Positions 1 through 8,945 of a stretch of 64,000 bases of DNA are shown here, in pieces (position 1 is the stretch's first letter; the number at the start of each line of letters is the position of its first letter). The notes beneath the pieces are model-generated. The model was given only the letters and a program-made list of their open reading frames with translations, did no database searches and had not been told where the DNA came from. The DNA lies in contig CAZPCB010000001.1 in NCBI GenBank assembly GCA_964585065.1, forward strand, positions 14,037 through 78,036, in the 5' to 3' direction. Source of the stretch: an uncultured Candidatus Saccharibacteria bacterium. GTDB lineage: Bacteria > Patescibacteriota > Minisyncoccia > SW-4-49-11. Made by a program: the position numbers and the translations under genes.

Positions 1-1
1 A

Positions 2-1354
2 GAAGCTTATTATCGGCTTAATGGAGGTAAATTTACTAATGAATCACAGCAGACAGCCTATGAGTCTATATTAAATGAATTGGGTAGCAGGGTTCAGCAA
101 GAAAATATTATCAATCAATCTGAAAAAGAAGTAAATCCTACCACTACTCAGGAAGTGAAAGATGAAACCATAAATTCAGAGATTAGTAATAGTGATGAAG
201 GTGAAGTAAAGGCTCAACCTGAGAAATTTGTATTCTCTTCCCCAGAACAAAATCAACAATATACGAGTAAATTATTAACTGTTTTATCAGAAAAGCGTAT
301 TACAGAATTACAAAAACAACAACAAAAGCGTAAAACTGCAGATATTATTGGCTTTGTAGCAGGAGGAAGTCTACTTACAATAGGAACTTTATTAGATGCG
401 AATAGAGCAAACTTAGCGTCACAAAATACTATTGAAACAGCTCCTCCAGCACCTGACTTGCCAACACCAGAAGAATTAGATTCTGGTAAGGGTATAGCCA
501 AAGAAGTTACTCAAAACTTATCAGCCGAACAGATTAAAGATATATCCGAATTAAGTAGCGGGGAAACTTTAATTGGAGAAATTACCAAAAAATTAGGGGC
601 TAATGCTACTGAAGAACAAATTCAACAAGGATTAGAAACATATATGCACACATCACAAGGTTCAGAAACCATATTTAATTTAGCAAGTCAAACTGAAGCA
701 GGAAAAGCTCTATTAGGTCAATTAGGAGTAGATAATGCTGGAGAGTTATCACAATTATCCAATACCGATTTATATGAAATCACTCGACATTTAGGAACAG
801 GGCCATTACAAGGATTAGATAGCCTAGATTTACAGAATATTACGGCTTCATCCGTAAGCTCCCCAATAGAAGTGGTTTCAGTTACAACCGCTACTCCAGA
901 ACAATTATTGAGTAAATTTACGCAAGCACCAGATATATTAGATTTCCCAGAAGGAGCAAAACCATTAACTCAAATCAATAATTATATTGATAGATTTGCT
1001 GGAGATTTACCTCATGACTCATCTCTCGGACAAGAAGTATTAACAACATATTTGAATACTCCAGAAGGAAAAGATTGGTTATATGATGCTATTGTCAATA
1101 ACCCTGAGAGATTATCAGGTAATCAGAATATTCAATTTGTAGAAGAATATTTCCGCCAAAAAGGTATTAAATCAGGTGCAGATATTGATTGGGTTAATTT
1201 AACTCAAGATAAAAGATTCCCAACCTCTATGTTTTGGAGAGAGACTTCTTTGACAGGAGGAAGAAAAATCCCACCATTATCTACTCTTTTGAAACCAGGT
1301 ACAATGCCAGGTATCAAGAAAGCACTTGAGCAAGTATTAACATTAAAACAATAA
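2..1354 (+). CDS. hypothetical protein; 5' end probably lies outside the window
   Basis: Open frame runs from position 2 without a stop. The ORF track starts at an alternative TTG at 80. Soluble, Gln/Glu/Ser-rich product with no recognisable motif. Ends at TAA 1352-1354. Confidence 0.45.
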   Translation, partial: EAYYRLNGGKFTNESQQTAYESILNELGSRVQQENIINQSEKEVNPTTTQEVKDETINSEISNSDEGEVKAQPEKFVFSSPEQNQQYTSKLLTVLSEKRITELQKQQQKRKTADIIGFVAGGSLLTIGTLLDANRANLASQNTIETAPPAPDLPTPEELDSGKGIAKEVTQNLSAEQIKDISELSSGETLIGEITKKLGANATEEQIQQGLETYMHTSQGSETIFNLASQTEAGKALLGQLGVDNAGELSQLSNTDLYEITRHLGTGPLQGLDSLDLQNITASSVSSPIEVVSVTTATPEQLLSKFTQAPDILDFPEGAKPLTQINNYIDRFAGDLPHDSSLGQEVLTTYLNTPEGKDWLYDAIVNNPERLSGNQNIQFVEEYFRQKGIKSGADIDWVNLTQDKRFPTSMFWRETSLTGGRKIPPLSTLLKPGTMPGIKKALEQVLTLKQ

Positions 1355-1355
1355 T

Positions 1356-1769
1356 ATGGCAAATCCAGAAGACAATATTATCGCATTATTAGGACTAGAA
1401 GATTTACCTGTTGAGAATAGAGCTCAATTGGTAGATGAGTTAACCCAAATTCTTGAAGTTCGTGTACTCAGTGCCGCTTATGATACCCTTAGCGAAGATC
1501 AGGCTAAGCAATTAGATACATTACTCAATGATAATAATCCAGAAGTAGTAACTACCTATATTCAAGAAAATGTTCCGACTCTTAGCGATATATTTGCAAA
1601 TCAAATAGAAGTATTAAAAGAGGAATTAATACAGCATAAAGAGGAAATTACCAAGAATTTGACACAAGAATTAGAACTTGAGCATAATCACGATGAAGTA
1701 GGTCATACTCATGATCATGGAGAAGAGCATATTCACGCAGAAACAGCAGAAGAAAATCCCACAGAATAA
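1356..1769 (+). CDS. hypothetical acidic protein with His-rich C-terminus (HNHDEVGHTHDHGEEHIH)
   Basis: 137-aa ORF starting 2 nt after the upstream stop. His/Glu-rich tail suggests metal binding. No family recognised. Confidence 0.4.
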   Translation: MANPEDNIIALLGLEDLPVENRAQLVDELTQILEVRVLSAAYDTLSEDQAKQLDTLLNDNNPEVVTTYIQENVPTLSDIFANQIEVLKEELIQHKEEITKNLTQELELEHNHDEVGHTHDHGEEHIHAETAEENPTE

Positions 1770-2900
1770 TTATCCAATTACGGGTATAGAGAATCTAGTT
1801 TCAGGATTTGATTTACGAACTTTTTTGGCTTCAAATGTATTGAGATAAGCATATAAATATTTATGTACTTGTCCTTCAATAGATAATATATCCTGAATTA
1901 TTAGCATATATTCTACAGCTTTACGCTTCAGAATAGGATGCATATCCTCAATAATATTGAGACCAGTTACAATAGAGCTATAATTATACGGAGTAAAGAA
2001 TATTCCATTTGCTTTTATTAATTCTTGATTATATTCTCCTTTTGAAGCAAGAACAGGAATTCCTGCAATCAGAGCTAGGGATAGAGGATATTTATCTTCA
2101 TTATTAGGAGAAATCTCTACAAATATATGAGCATTTTGAATCAGAGACTGTTCGGTATTCCCGCTTAATTCTCCTACAAAAAGTATAGTATCATTTTGAT
2201 AAGCCTCACGTATAGCGGGCTTTACTTTACCCAGTACAATAATAGGAAGATTCAGATTATGTTTGCGATATGCCTTTAACCATAATTCTAAACTCTCAGA
2301 ATCTCTATATTGCCCATTATGAACCAGAATATATTCTTGAGGGTATAAATCTTTGAAATTATTTTGAGAATTTACAATAGAAGTAGTATCAATTCCTGTT
2401 GGTATACTATATACTTTTGATTTAAAAGAAGAGTTGAATAGAGTTTGTAATTCTGGATTATCTATAATCAAAGAATCAGAAAATTGAGCAGATATATAAG
2501 AGAGTAGCATATAATGTCGCCTATTCTTTTTGCTATTGACAAAAGTATATTGATGATAATCAAAAATAACCCGTACTTGAGGCATTTGTAATGATACCCA
2601 AAAAGCTACCCAAGCATATTCTAGGGATCTAATATGTACAATATCAAGATTTTCTATTTTCTTGAGCTCACGAATAATGGACTTAACTTTAGGTTGACTT
2701 GGAATAATATGAATACCCTTATATTCCGTTAATTGGGTATAATTAGGGTCTGAGAGCACATATACAGAATGCCCTCGTCTTGCCAATTGAGTCGCTACAA
2801 TTTCACAATTATACTCATTTCTATCTCGAGTATTTTGATATGGAATTCCTCTGGTACCAACAAATGCTATGACCATATGAGATATTAGTTCTACAGACAA
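1770..2900 (-). CDS. glycosyltransferase, family 4-like (GT-B fold)
   Basis: N-terminal 'VGTRGIPYQ' (DUF1972/GT4-type start). C-terminal 'GIPVLASKGEYNQELI' is typical of group-1 glycosyltransferases. 376 aa. Confidence 0.6.
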   Translation of the reverse strand: MSVELISHMVIAFVGTRGIPYQNTRDRNEYNCEIVATQLARRGHSVYVLSDPNYTQLTEYKGIHIIPSQPKVKSIIRELKKIENLDIVHIRSLEYAWVAFWVSLQMPQVRVIFDYHQYTFVNSKKNRRHYMLLSYISAQFSDSLIIDNPELQTLFNSSFKSKVYSIPTGIDTTSIVNSQNNFKDLYPQEYILVHNGQYRDSESLELWLKAYRKHNLNLPIIVLGKVKPAIREAYQNDTILFVGELSGNTEQSLIQNAHIFVEISPNNEDKYPLSLALIAGIPVLASKGEYNQELIKANGIFFTPYNYSSIVTGLNIIEDMHPILKRKAVEYMLIIQDILSIEGQVHKYLYAYLNTFEAKKVRKSNPETRFSIPVIG

Positions 2901-2948
2901 AAACTATAGCATAAAATAGCAGTTTTGTCAATTTCTGATATTATTTTT

Positions 2949-3210
2949 CCACCCCTCAAGAGGGGAATTAGCTCAGTCCACACCCGTCGACTTCGTCGAC
3001 ACCCTCGCCGGCGAGGGAAAGTTTTATTGTCCTCCTTTGGAGGAGGTGGCCGCTAGGCCGGAGGTGGATAGAGTTTGAGTTTGTATTTTATCCACCCCGT
3101 CCAGCAAAGCTTGCCACCCCTCAAGAGGGGAATATATACAATGTACTGTCCTAAAAATTCCCCTCTTGAGGGGTGGATGTCTTTAGACAGACGGGGTGGA
3201 AAGTATTACA
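2949..3210. repeat. composite GC-rich palindromic repeat cluster (modules 1, 2 and 3; see findings)
   Basis: Seen directly in the sequence. 'ccacccctcaagaggggaat' occurs at 2949-2969 and 3114-3133, with its inverted copy 'attcccctcttgaggggtgg' at 3167-3186. The outer inverted repeat is 'tccaccccgtc' (3091-3101) with 'gacggggtgga' (3200-3210). 'ccctcgccggcgaggg' lies at 3002-3017. The 'tgtcctcctttggaggaggtggccgctaggccggaggtgga' element lies at 3028-3068. All are GC-rich hairpins in an AT-rich intergenic region. Confidence 0.7.
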
Positions 3211-4171
3211 ATAATTCTCTATTCACAAAATACACCCCTGCATATCCATTGGCAAAGCTATCAGCAGTAATAGTATTTTTCCCCTCTACAGTTAATTCTT
3301 TAACCGCAATATTACCTATTTTTGTCCCAATAATCAGATTGTGATTGACAGAATCCAATTGCCAATATCCTGGCTTTAGCTTAATATCAGATATATGCTC
3401 AAGATCTAATCTATCGAATACAATCTTTTTGTCTGTATTGAGATATGTATATATTTGAGGCCAAATAGTATAAGCTCTATAGGCATTCATAATATCCTCG
3501 GCTGATTGACTCTCCCAATCAATAAGCCCATCTATTTTTTGAACCATTTTCACAAAACTAGCTTTAGCATCATCTTGAACCCAGGTAGTAATTTCTCCAT
3601 TCATAAAAGGAATGAGATTTTCTCTCAGTATATCAGCAGCAACAGTGATAACTTTTGCCTCAAGTTCAATATAGGTATCAGTAGGGGATATAGTTATTTC
3701 TTCCTGAGCAATAATAGGTCCATGATCCATCAAATGATCAATTTCCATCAAACTAACAGCGGTACTCTTGTCCCCATTACGGAGGCTCGCCTGTATAGGA
3801 GATGGTCCACGATATTGAGGTAATCTAGAAGGATGAATATTCAACACCCGATGAGGCATAATATCTAAGATAGCCTGCGGAATAATTTTGCCATAGGCAA
3901 TTATTAGCCAAATATCAGCAGATAATGTACGCAATAATTCACTAGTCTCAGGAGTTTTGAGAGAAATAGGACTATACACGGGAATAGAATTACTTTCCCC
4001 AAATACTTTGAGGGGACTAGGAGTTAAAATTCTTTTACGCCCCTGCGGAGTATCAGGAGTAGTAATAATAGCCACAATATTAGCCCAATCGAGTAGGGAC
4101 TCAGCAATAGCAACCGTAAGCTGTGGAGTACCCCAAACTACAATACGGGGTTTAGACATACACTTTCCCAC
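3206..4171 (-). CDS. fmt: methionyl-tRNA formyltransferase
   Basis: N-terminal 'RIVVWGTPQLTVAIAESLL' and 'HPSRLPQYRGPSPIQASL' (formyltransferase core). Overlaps def on the same strand (def-fmt operon). The alternative start MSKPRIV is at 4159. Confidence 0.85.
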   Translation of the reverse strand: MGKCMSKPRIVVWGTPQLTVAIAESLLDWANIVAIITTPDTPQGRKRILTPSPLKVFGESNSIPVYSPISLKTPETSELLRTLSADIWLIIAYGKIIPQAILDIMPHRVLNIHPSRLPQYRGPSPIQASLRNGDKSTAVSLMEIDHLMDHGPIIAQEEITISPTDTYIELEAKVITVAADILRENLIPFMNGEITTWVQDDAKASFVKMVQKIDGLIDWESQSAEDIMNAYRAYTIWPQIYTYLNTDKKIVFDRLDLEHISDIKLKPGYWQLDSVNHNLIIGTKIGNIAVKELTVEGKNTITADSFANGYAGVYFVNRELL

Positions 4172-4670
4172 TTTGTTTTAGCTTTACAGGAAGAGCCTTA
4201 TCCGCAAATAATACGCCATCAAGATGATCAATTTCATGTTGCAGGATTCGAGCAAAAATTCCAAAAGCCTTACCACCAATTTTCTCACCTTTTAGATTAA
4301 GCCCCGTAAATTCAATACTGGTAGGGCGAATCACATCAGCAAAATATTCAGGTAAAGACAAACACCCCTCTTCCATAGTAGCAGTATCGTTACTCAAAGC
4401 GGTTAATTCAGGATTAATAATTACATAATGCTGATCAAGAGCACAATCCTCAAATCCTGACTCTTCAAAATGCTCTCCTGGTACATTAATCAAAATCAAT
4501 CGCACATTATGTCCGACTTGTGGAGCAGCAAGCCCCATCCCATGATGAGGTCTAATACTAGATTTCATATCTCGAGCTAATTTATGAATATCTCGAGTGA
4601 TAGAATCAATAGGTTCAGATTTGGTACGGAGAATAGGATTTTTAAGCCCTGTTTCAATATCAAGAATCAT
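4152..4670 (-). CDS. def: peptide deformylase
   Basis: Motifs 'GMGLAAPQVG', 'EGCLSLPEY' and 'QHEIDHLDG' are the three conserved PDF motifs. 172 aa. Confidence 0.9.
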   Translation of the reverse strand: MILDIETGLKNPILRTKSEPIDSITRDIHKLARDMKSSIRPHHGMGLAAPQVGHNVRLILINVPGEHFEESGFEDCALDQHYVIINPELTALSNDTATMEEGCLSLPEYFADVIRPTSIEFTGLNLKGEKIGGKAFGIFARILQHEIDHLDGVLFADKALPVKLKQSGKVYV

Positions 4671-4729
4671 ATAATACTATAACAATTTGTTACTATATTA
4701 TAGCATAAATTAGTCAAAAAAGCAAGATA

Positions 4730-6685
4730 CTACACCAAATTCGGAGGATTGATTTCGATTTCCTGGCCATATTCCAATATAGGGACTAATTTGCGTTTGA
4801 TAGAGGTGGCTTGTTTGGGAGTGGTTTGTATGGTGAGGGTAAAGCGATACAGTCCTTTGCCTCGAGCAATATATTTTTCTAAAGGTCCAAGGGCTCGTAT
4901 ATGTATACTGGATAAAGCCTCTTTGATGCGGAGAGCCTGGGCTAGAGATTTGGATCTGATATGATGTTGTGAATGTATGGCGATAATCTCATATTGCGGG
5001 GGATAATGATACAGATTACGATTCTCATATTCTTGTTCCCATAGCTCGGCAATGGGGTGATTGAGTATGGTATGAATATGTGAGGGGCTTTCCTCATCAC
5101 GATTCCAAGCAGTGAATGTCTGTATTAGAGTTTTATCACTATGCATTATAAGTTCGGATAAAACCTGTATTGACTTTTCTCGAATAGTATAATCGGGGAA
5201 ATTGACCAGGGATTCAGCGGAGGGGATAATGGTGAGAGTTTTCGGAATTATATCCAGGAATTTGTGTATCATACGCGTGGTGAGGAGAATTGCAGGTTTA
5301 GTCTGATTAAAATTATCTATAATACTTTGTTGATGCTCAAGATTGCTGGCGGTATCACTAGAAAGTACAAAATGGGGGGTATTGGGGAATAAGGATTTAC
5401 TAAAATCTTCAATTTTCTCAATTCCAATTCCTCCTTGATGTAAATTGAGGGATTTGCATTGTGGGCAAATATGTATCATCTTGAACCATTTATGTGAGCT
5501 ATGGGATAATAATACTTGATTCTCGGTATAATTGGGTATGGCTTTTGGTAAAGTGTCTACACGATGCACTGTGAGCAAAGTTCCTGTTTTGGGGTCTCGG
5601 AGGTGATATCCACAATCGCGGCAAGATACATATAGGGATTCTCCTCGGCGATTGACATATATAATGGCGGATTGATTATTTTGTAGAGATTTCTGTATAG
5701 CTTTTTGGGCTGGTATTGATAATAAATCTCGGTTTCCCTTATAGAATTCTGTCTGCATTTCAATCAAATTGATTTTGGACTTAGGAATATGGGGATATAC
5801 CTCAGTGGGGAGACTGAGATTATGAGACTCTAATAGAGCAAGAGTACTAATGCTCGGAATAGTGGAGGCGAGGGTGATATGGGCTTGATGTAATTTGGCT
5901 ACCTCGACCGCAATACTGGTGGTATGATAATGAGGTTTGGTGTCAAAAGAATAATAGGATTCAGAAGATTCATCTTCTATAATAATATGAGTTAAATGCT
6001 GAAAGGGTAAGAATATATTGCTTCTCGTTCCAATAATAATCTTAGCCTCTCCTGATTTTACCTGAGACCAAGCGGCCCTCTGAGCGGTTATGCCAAGTTG
6101 TGAGCTGATAAGGAGGGGATTATAATCTACAAATTCACGGGAAAGTCTTTCGAGGCTAATAGTATCGGGTACTAATATCAGTATTTGGCCTATATTTGAT
6201 TTGAGAATGGTATGATAGTGTTTGATTCTTTTGGAGAGAGTCCCGAGGAATGCTTTAGGGATATAATCAGGGCCTAATTCTATTTCAGGAGAGGGGACAT
6301 TGAGTATATTCGGGTAGCGTTTTATTTTGTTCGATAATTTTGGCAGGAATAATTTGATAATATTGCCAAGAGCATGGGCATAATAATTACTCATCCATTG
6401 GGCTAAGTCCAATTGTTGGCTTGTTAATAAGCTATTATCAGAAAATCGCTTACGAATTGGCTTGGGGCTGAAGCTTGCAAATTTCTTTAAATCTTGTTTA
6501 GCATTTGTCAGCTCTTGACAAAAATAAACAATTGCTGTAATATCTGTGTTACGAACTTCCACTAATATAAGAGTTCCCGGGAGAATGCTCTCGGAAGCAT
6601 AATAGGTCAAAGTTTGACTTATTTGACCAGGGAGTTTGATAAGAGGGACAACTTGCAAAATATACATACATATAGTATACTCCAT
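4730..6685 (-). CDS. priA: primosomal protein N' (replication restart helicase PriA)
   Basis: Helicase core 'ILILVPDTISLERL' and DExH-like 'IIIEDESSESY'. Cys4 zinc-binding inserts 'CRDCGYHLRDPKTG...CPQCKS'. Conserved def-fmt-priA neighbourhood. Confidence 0.75.
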   Translation of the reverse strand: MEYTICMYILQVVPLIKLPGQISQTLTYYASESILPGTLILVEVRNTDITAIVYFCQELTNAKQDLKKFASFSPKPIRKRFSDNSLLTSQQLDLAQWMSNYYAHALGNIIKLFLPKLSNKIKRYPNILNVPSPEIELGPDYIPKAFLGTLSKRIKHYHTILKSNIGQILILVPDTISLERLSREFVDYNPLLISSQLGITAQRAAWSQVKSGEAKIIIGTRSNIFLPFQHLTHIIIEDESSESYYSFDTKPHYHTTSIAVEVAKLHQAHITLASTIPSISTLALLESHNLSLPTEVYPHIPKSKINLIEMQTEFYKGNRDLLSIPAQKAIQKSLQNNQSAIIYVNRRGESLYVSCRDCGYHLRDPKTGTLLTVHRVDTLPKAIPNYTENQVLLSHSSHKWFKMIHICPQCKSLNLHQGGIGIEKIEDFSKSLFPNTPHFVLSSDTASNLEHQQSIIDNFNQTKPAILLTTRMIHKFLDIIPKTLTIIPSAESLVNFPDYTIREKSIQVLSELIMHSDKTLIQTFTAWNRDEESPSHIHTILNHPIAELWEQEYENRNLYHYPPQYEIIAIHSQHHIRSKSLAQALRIKEALSSIHIRALGPLEKYIARGKGLYRFTLTIQTTPKQATSIKRKLVPILEYGQEIEINPPNLV

Positions 6686-6796
6686 TAACAGTAAAAGTGA
6701 ATATACAATTTATACATTCACACAAAAGAACAGAATTAATCTCTAACAGATATAATGCCTGTCATTTACTGTTATCTAATTAATCATTTATATATT

Positions 6797-7252
6797 ATGA
6801 AGAAGTATCATATGACCCAATCAGGGCTAGAAAAAGCACAAGTAGAACTTGAGGCTCTTTTGGTACGACGCAAGGAAATTGTTGAGAAAATTAAATTTGC
6901 AAAAGAGCAAGGAGATTTGAAAGAGAATTCAGAATATCATGAAGCTAAAAATGATATGGCTTTTAATGAGTCTAAAATTTTAGAGCTGGAAGATTTGATC
7001 CGCAATGCAGAAATCATTGAGGCTCCAAAGCAATCTCAATTTGTATCAATAGGGTCTCGTATCAAAGTGAGTGGAAAAAGAGGAGAAAGAGAATTCCTTA
7101 TTGTAGGAGCTTCTGAAGCTAATCCGGCTGAAAGTAAAATTTCAGATGAATCTCCACTTGGATCTGCTTTTATACATCGTAGTGTCGGAGAAGAAGTAGA
7201 AGTTGCAACTCCTGCCGGAACTCAACAATATACTATTATTGAAATTGCATAA
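6797..7252 (+). CDS. greA: transcription elongation factor GreA
   Basis: 'MTQSGLEKAQVELEALL...KFAKEQGDLKENSEYHEAKNDMAFNESKILELEDLI' is the GreA N-terminal coiled coil with the conserved acidic tip, plus a C-terminal FKBP-like domain. Start chosen at MKKYH (6797), not the track's 6755. Confidence 0.85.
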   Translation: MKKYHMTQSGLEKAQVELEALLVRRKEIVEKIKFAKEQGDLKENSEYHEAKNDMAFNESKILELEDLIRNAEIIEAPKQSQFVSIGSRIKVSGKRGEREFLIVGASEANPAESKISDESPLGSAFIHRSVGEEVEVATPAGTQQYTIIEIA

Positions 7253-7286
7253 TTTAGTCCTATCTACTGTATTTAGCTAGAGAATA

Positions 7287-7326
7287 TGTCCTCCCTTGGG
7301 GGAGGTGCCCGTAGGGTGGAGGAGGA
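7287..7326. repeat. GC-rich palindromic repeat, module 3 copy ('tgtcctcccttgggggaggtgcccgtagggtggaggagga')
   Basis: About 85% identical to 3028-3068 and to the reverse complement of 47745-47785. Lies just upstream of the metG start. Confidence 0.7.
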
Positions 7327-7397
7327 TACGGTTCGGGTTTATATTTTATCCTGATTCGTTTGCACAAATAGATAGTATTTGGTATTATAACAATAAT

Positions 7398-8879
7398 ATG
7401 AGTAAGTCATTTTTTGTTACCACACCAATTTATTATCTCAATGGAGAGCCTCATTTGGGGCATTATTATGCAACCACAATTGCTGATGTATTAGCACGCT
7501 ATAATCGCAAATTTGGAGAGGGGGCTTTCTTTTTGACAGGAACTGATGAGCATGGACAAAAAGTAGCTGAGGCTGCTAAAAAAGATAATATAACTCCCCA
7601 AGAATATACCGATAAATTATCTGCTATTTGGGAAGGAGTTTGGAAAGATTTGGATATTAGCTATGATTATTTTATTCGCACCACTAATCCTACTCATAAG
7701 GCTTTATGTCAATTTGTTATTCAAACATTATTAGACAGTGATGATATATACCCTCAAGAATATGAAGCCTTATATTGTGTAGGAGCTGAATCATTTGTAA
7801 CACAATCTGAATTGAGAGTAGGAGGATTATGCCCTGATCATGATGAAAAGCCTCAAATTGTATTAGAGAAGAATTATTTCTTTAGACTGAGTAAATATAA
7901 AGCGAAAGTTCTTGAGTTAATTGAGAATAATACTATTCATATCTCACCAGAATCTCGTCGTAATGAAGCAATTGAGCTACTCAAAAACCCCGAAGTGGGA
8001 GATTTCTCCGTGACACGAGAGAAAGTAAGCTGGGGGATATCTGTGCCATTTGACACCGAGCAGACTTTATATGTTTGGATAGATGCACTATTCAATTATA
8101 TGTCAGGAATATTAGCAAAGAAAGACATCGATATTAATTCTTTATCTCTGGATGAAATTCTTGATAATATTAAGGATATTTGGCCACCAGATTTACATAT
8201 TATTGGGAAGGATATACTCAAATTCCATGCAGTATATTGGCCAGCTTTTCTTTTGGCCCTCGGAGTGCCAGAAGAGAATTTACCTAAGACTATTCTCGTT
8301 ACAGGATTTTTCCTCTCTGATGGACGCAAAATGAGTAAAAGTATTGGGAATGTCATAGTGCCCCAAGATATTATTGCTTATTTTGATGAGATAACTGATG
8401 GTCTTGGTAATGATATACTTCGCTATGTGATCCTGAGAGAAATGCGAATTGGTAATGATGGAGATATTACTAAGGAGAAAATTATTGGAATTTATGAATC
8501 AGAACTTGTCAATAAATTTGGTAATACTTTTAGTCGTGTGATTGGAATGGCAAAGAAATACGATATAGAAATACCTCATGAATCAGGAGAATTGTCTCAA
8601 GATTATCATAATGCATTACAAAAATATGATATATATGAGGGAATACATACTATATTTGAACAAATAAATCTTATTGGACAAGAAATAGAGTTTCATAAAC
8701 CTTGGGAATTATATAAAGAGGGGAAAACTGAAGAATTAGAAGCTCTTATGAAAAATTGGCTTGAATCCCTACATCAAATTACTGATTTAATTGAGCCGAT
8801 AATGCCATCAACCGCAAAGTTAATGAAAAAACTTCTTGCAGGTGAGAATATTCATATATTTCCACGAATAGAAGAGTAG
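7398..8879 (+). CDS. metG: methionyl-tRNA synthetase (short form without C-terminal tRNA-binding appendix)
   Basis: 'PIYYLNGEPHLGHYYATTIADVLARY' (HIGH motif), 'KMSKSIGN' (KMSKS), zinc knuckle 'CVGAESF...CPDHD'. Real ATG at 7398 (MSKSFF); the track start at 7296 reads through the repeat. Confidence 0.9.
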   Translation: MSKSFFVTTPIYYLNGEPHLGHYYATTIADVLARYNRKFGEGAFFLTGTDEHGQKVAEAAKKDNITPQEYTDKLSAIWEGVWKDLDISYDYFIRTTNPTHKALCQFVIQTLLDSDDIYPQEYEALYCVGAESFVTQSELRVGGLCPDHDEKPQIVLEKNYFFRLSKYKAKVLELIENNTIHISPESRRNEAIELLKNPEVGDFSVTREKVSWGISVPFDTEQTLYVWIDALFNYMSGILAKKDIDINSLSLDEILDNIKDIWPPDLHIIGKDILKFHAVYWPAFLLALGVPEENLPKTILVTGFFLSDGRKMSKSIGNVIVPQDIIAYFDEITDGLGNDILRYVILREMRIGNDGDITKEKIIGIYESELVNKFGNTFSRVIGMAKKYDIEIPHESGELSQDYHNALQKYDIYEGIHTIFEQINLIGQEIEFHKPWELYKEGKTEELEALMKNWLESLHQITDLIEPIMPSTAKLMKKLLAGENIHIFPRIEE

Positions 8880-8945
8880 ACTTCTAGCAATATTATAGAG
8901 TATATGATATAATGAGGTATAAAATAATACCTATACAGTGTTTAT

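Noticed and set aside
3075-3344. 89-aa ORF containing 'KNSPLEG' (and its twin at 56640-56864 on the minus strand)
   Set aside because: Both ORFs simply translate the shared GC-rich palindromic repeat (module 1). The 3075 ORF also overlaps the 3' end of fmt on the opposite strand. Neither is a protein family.
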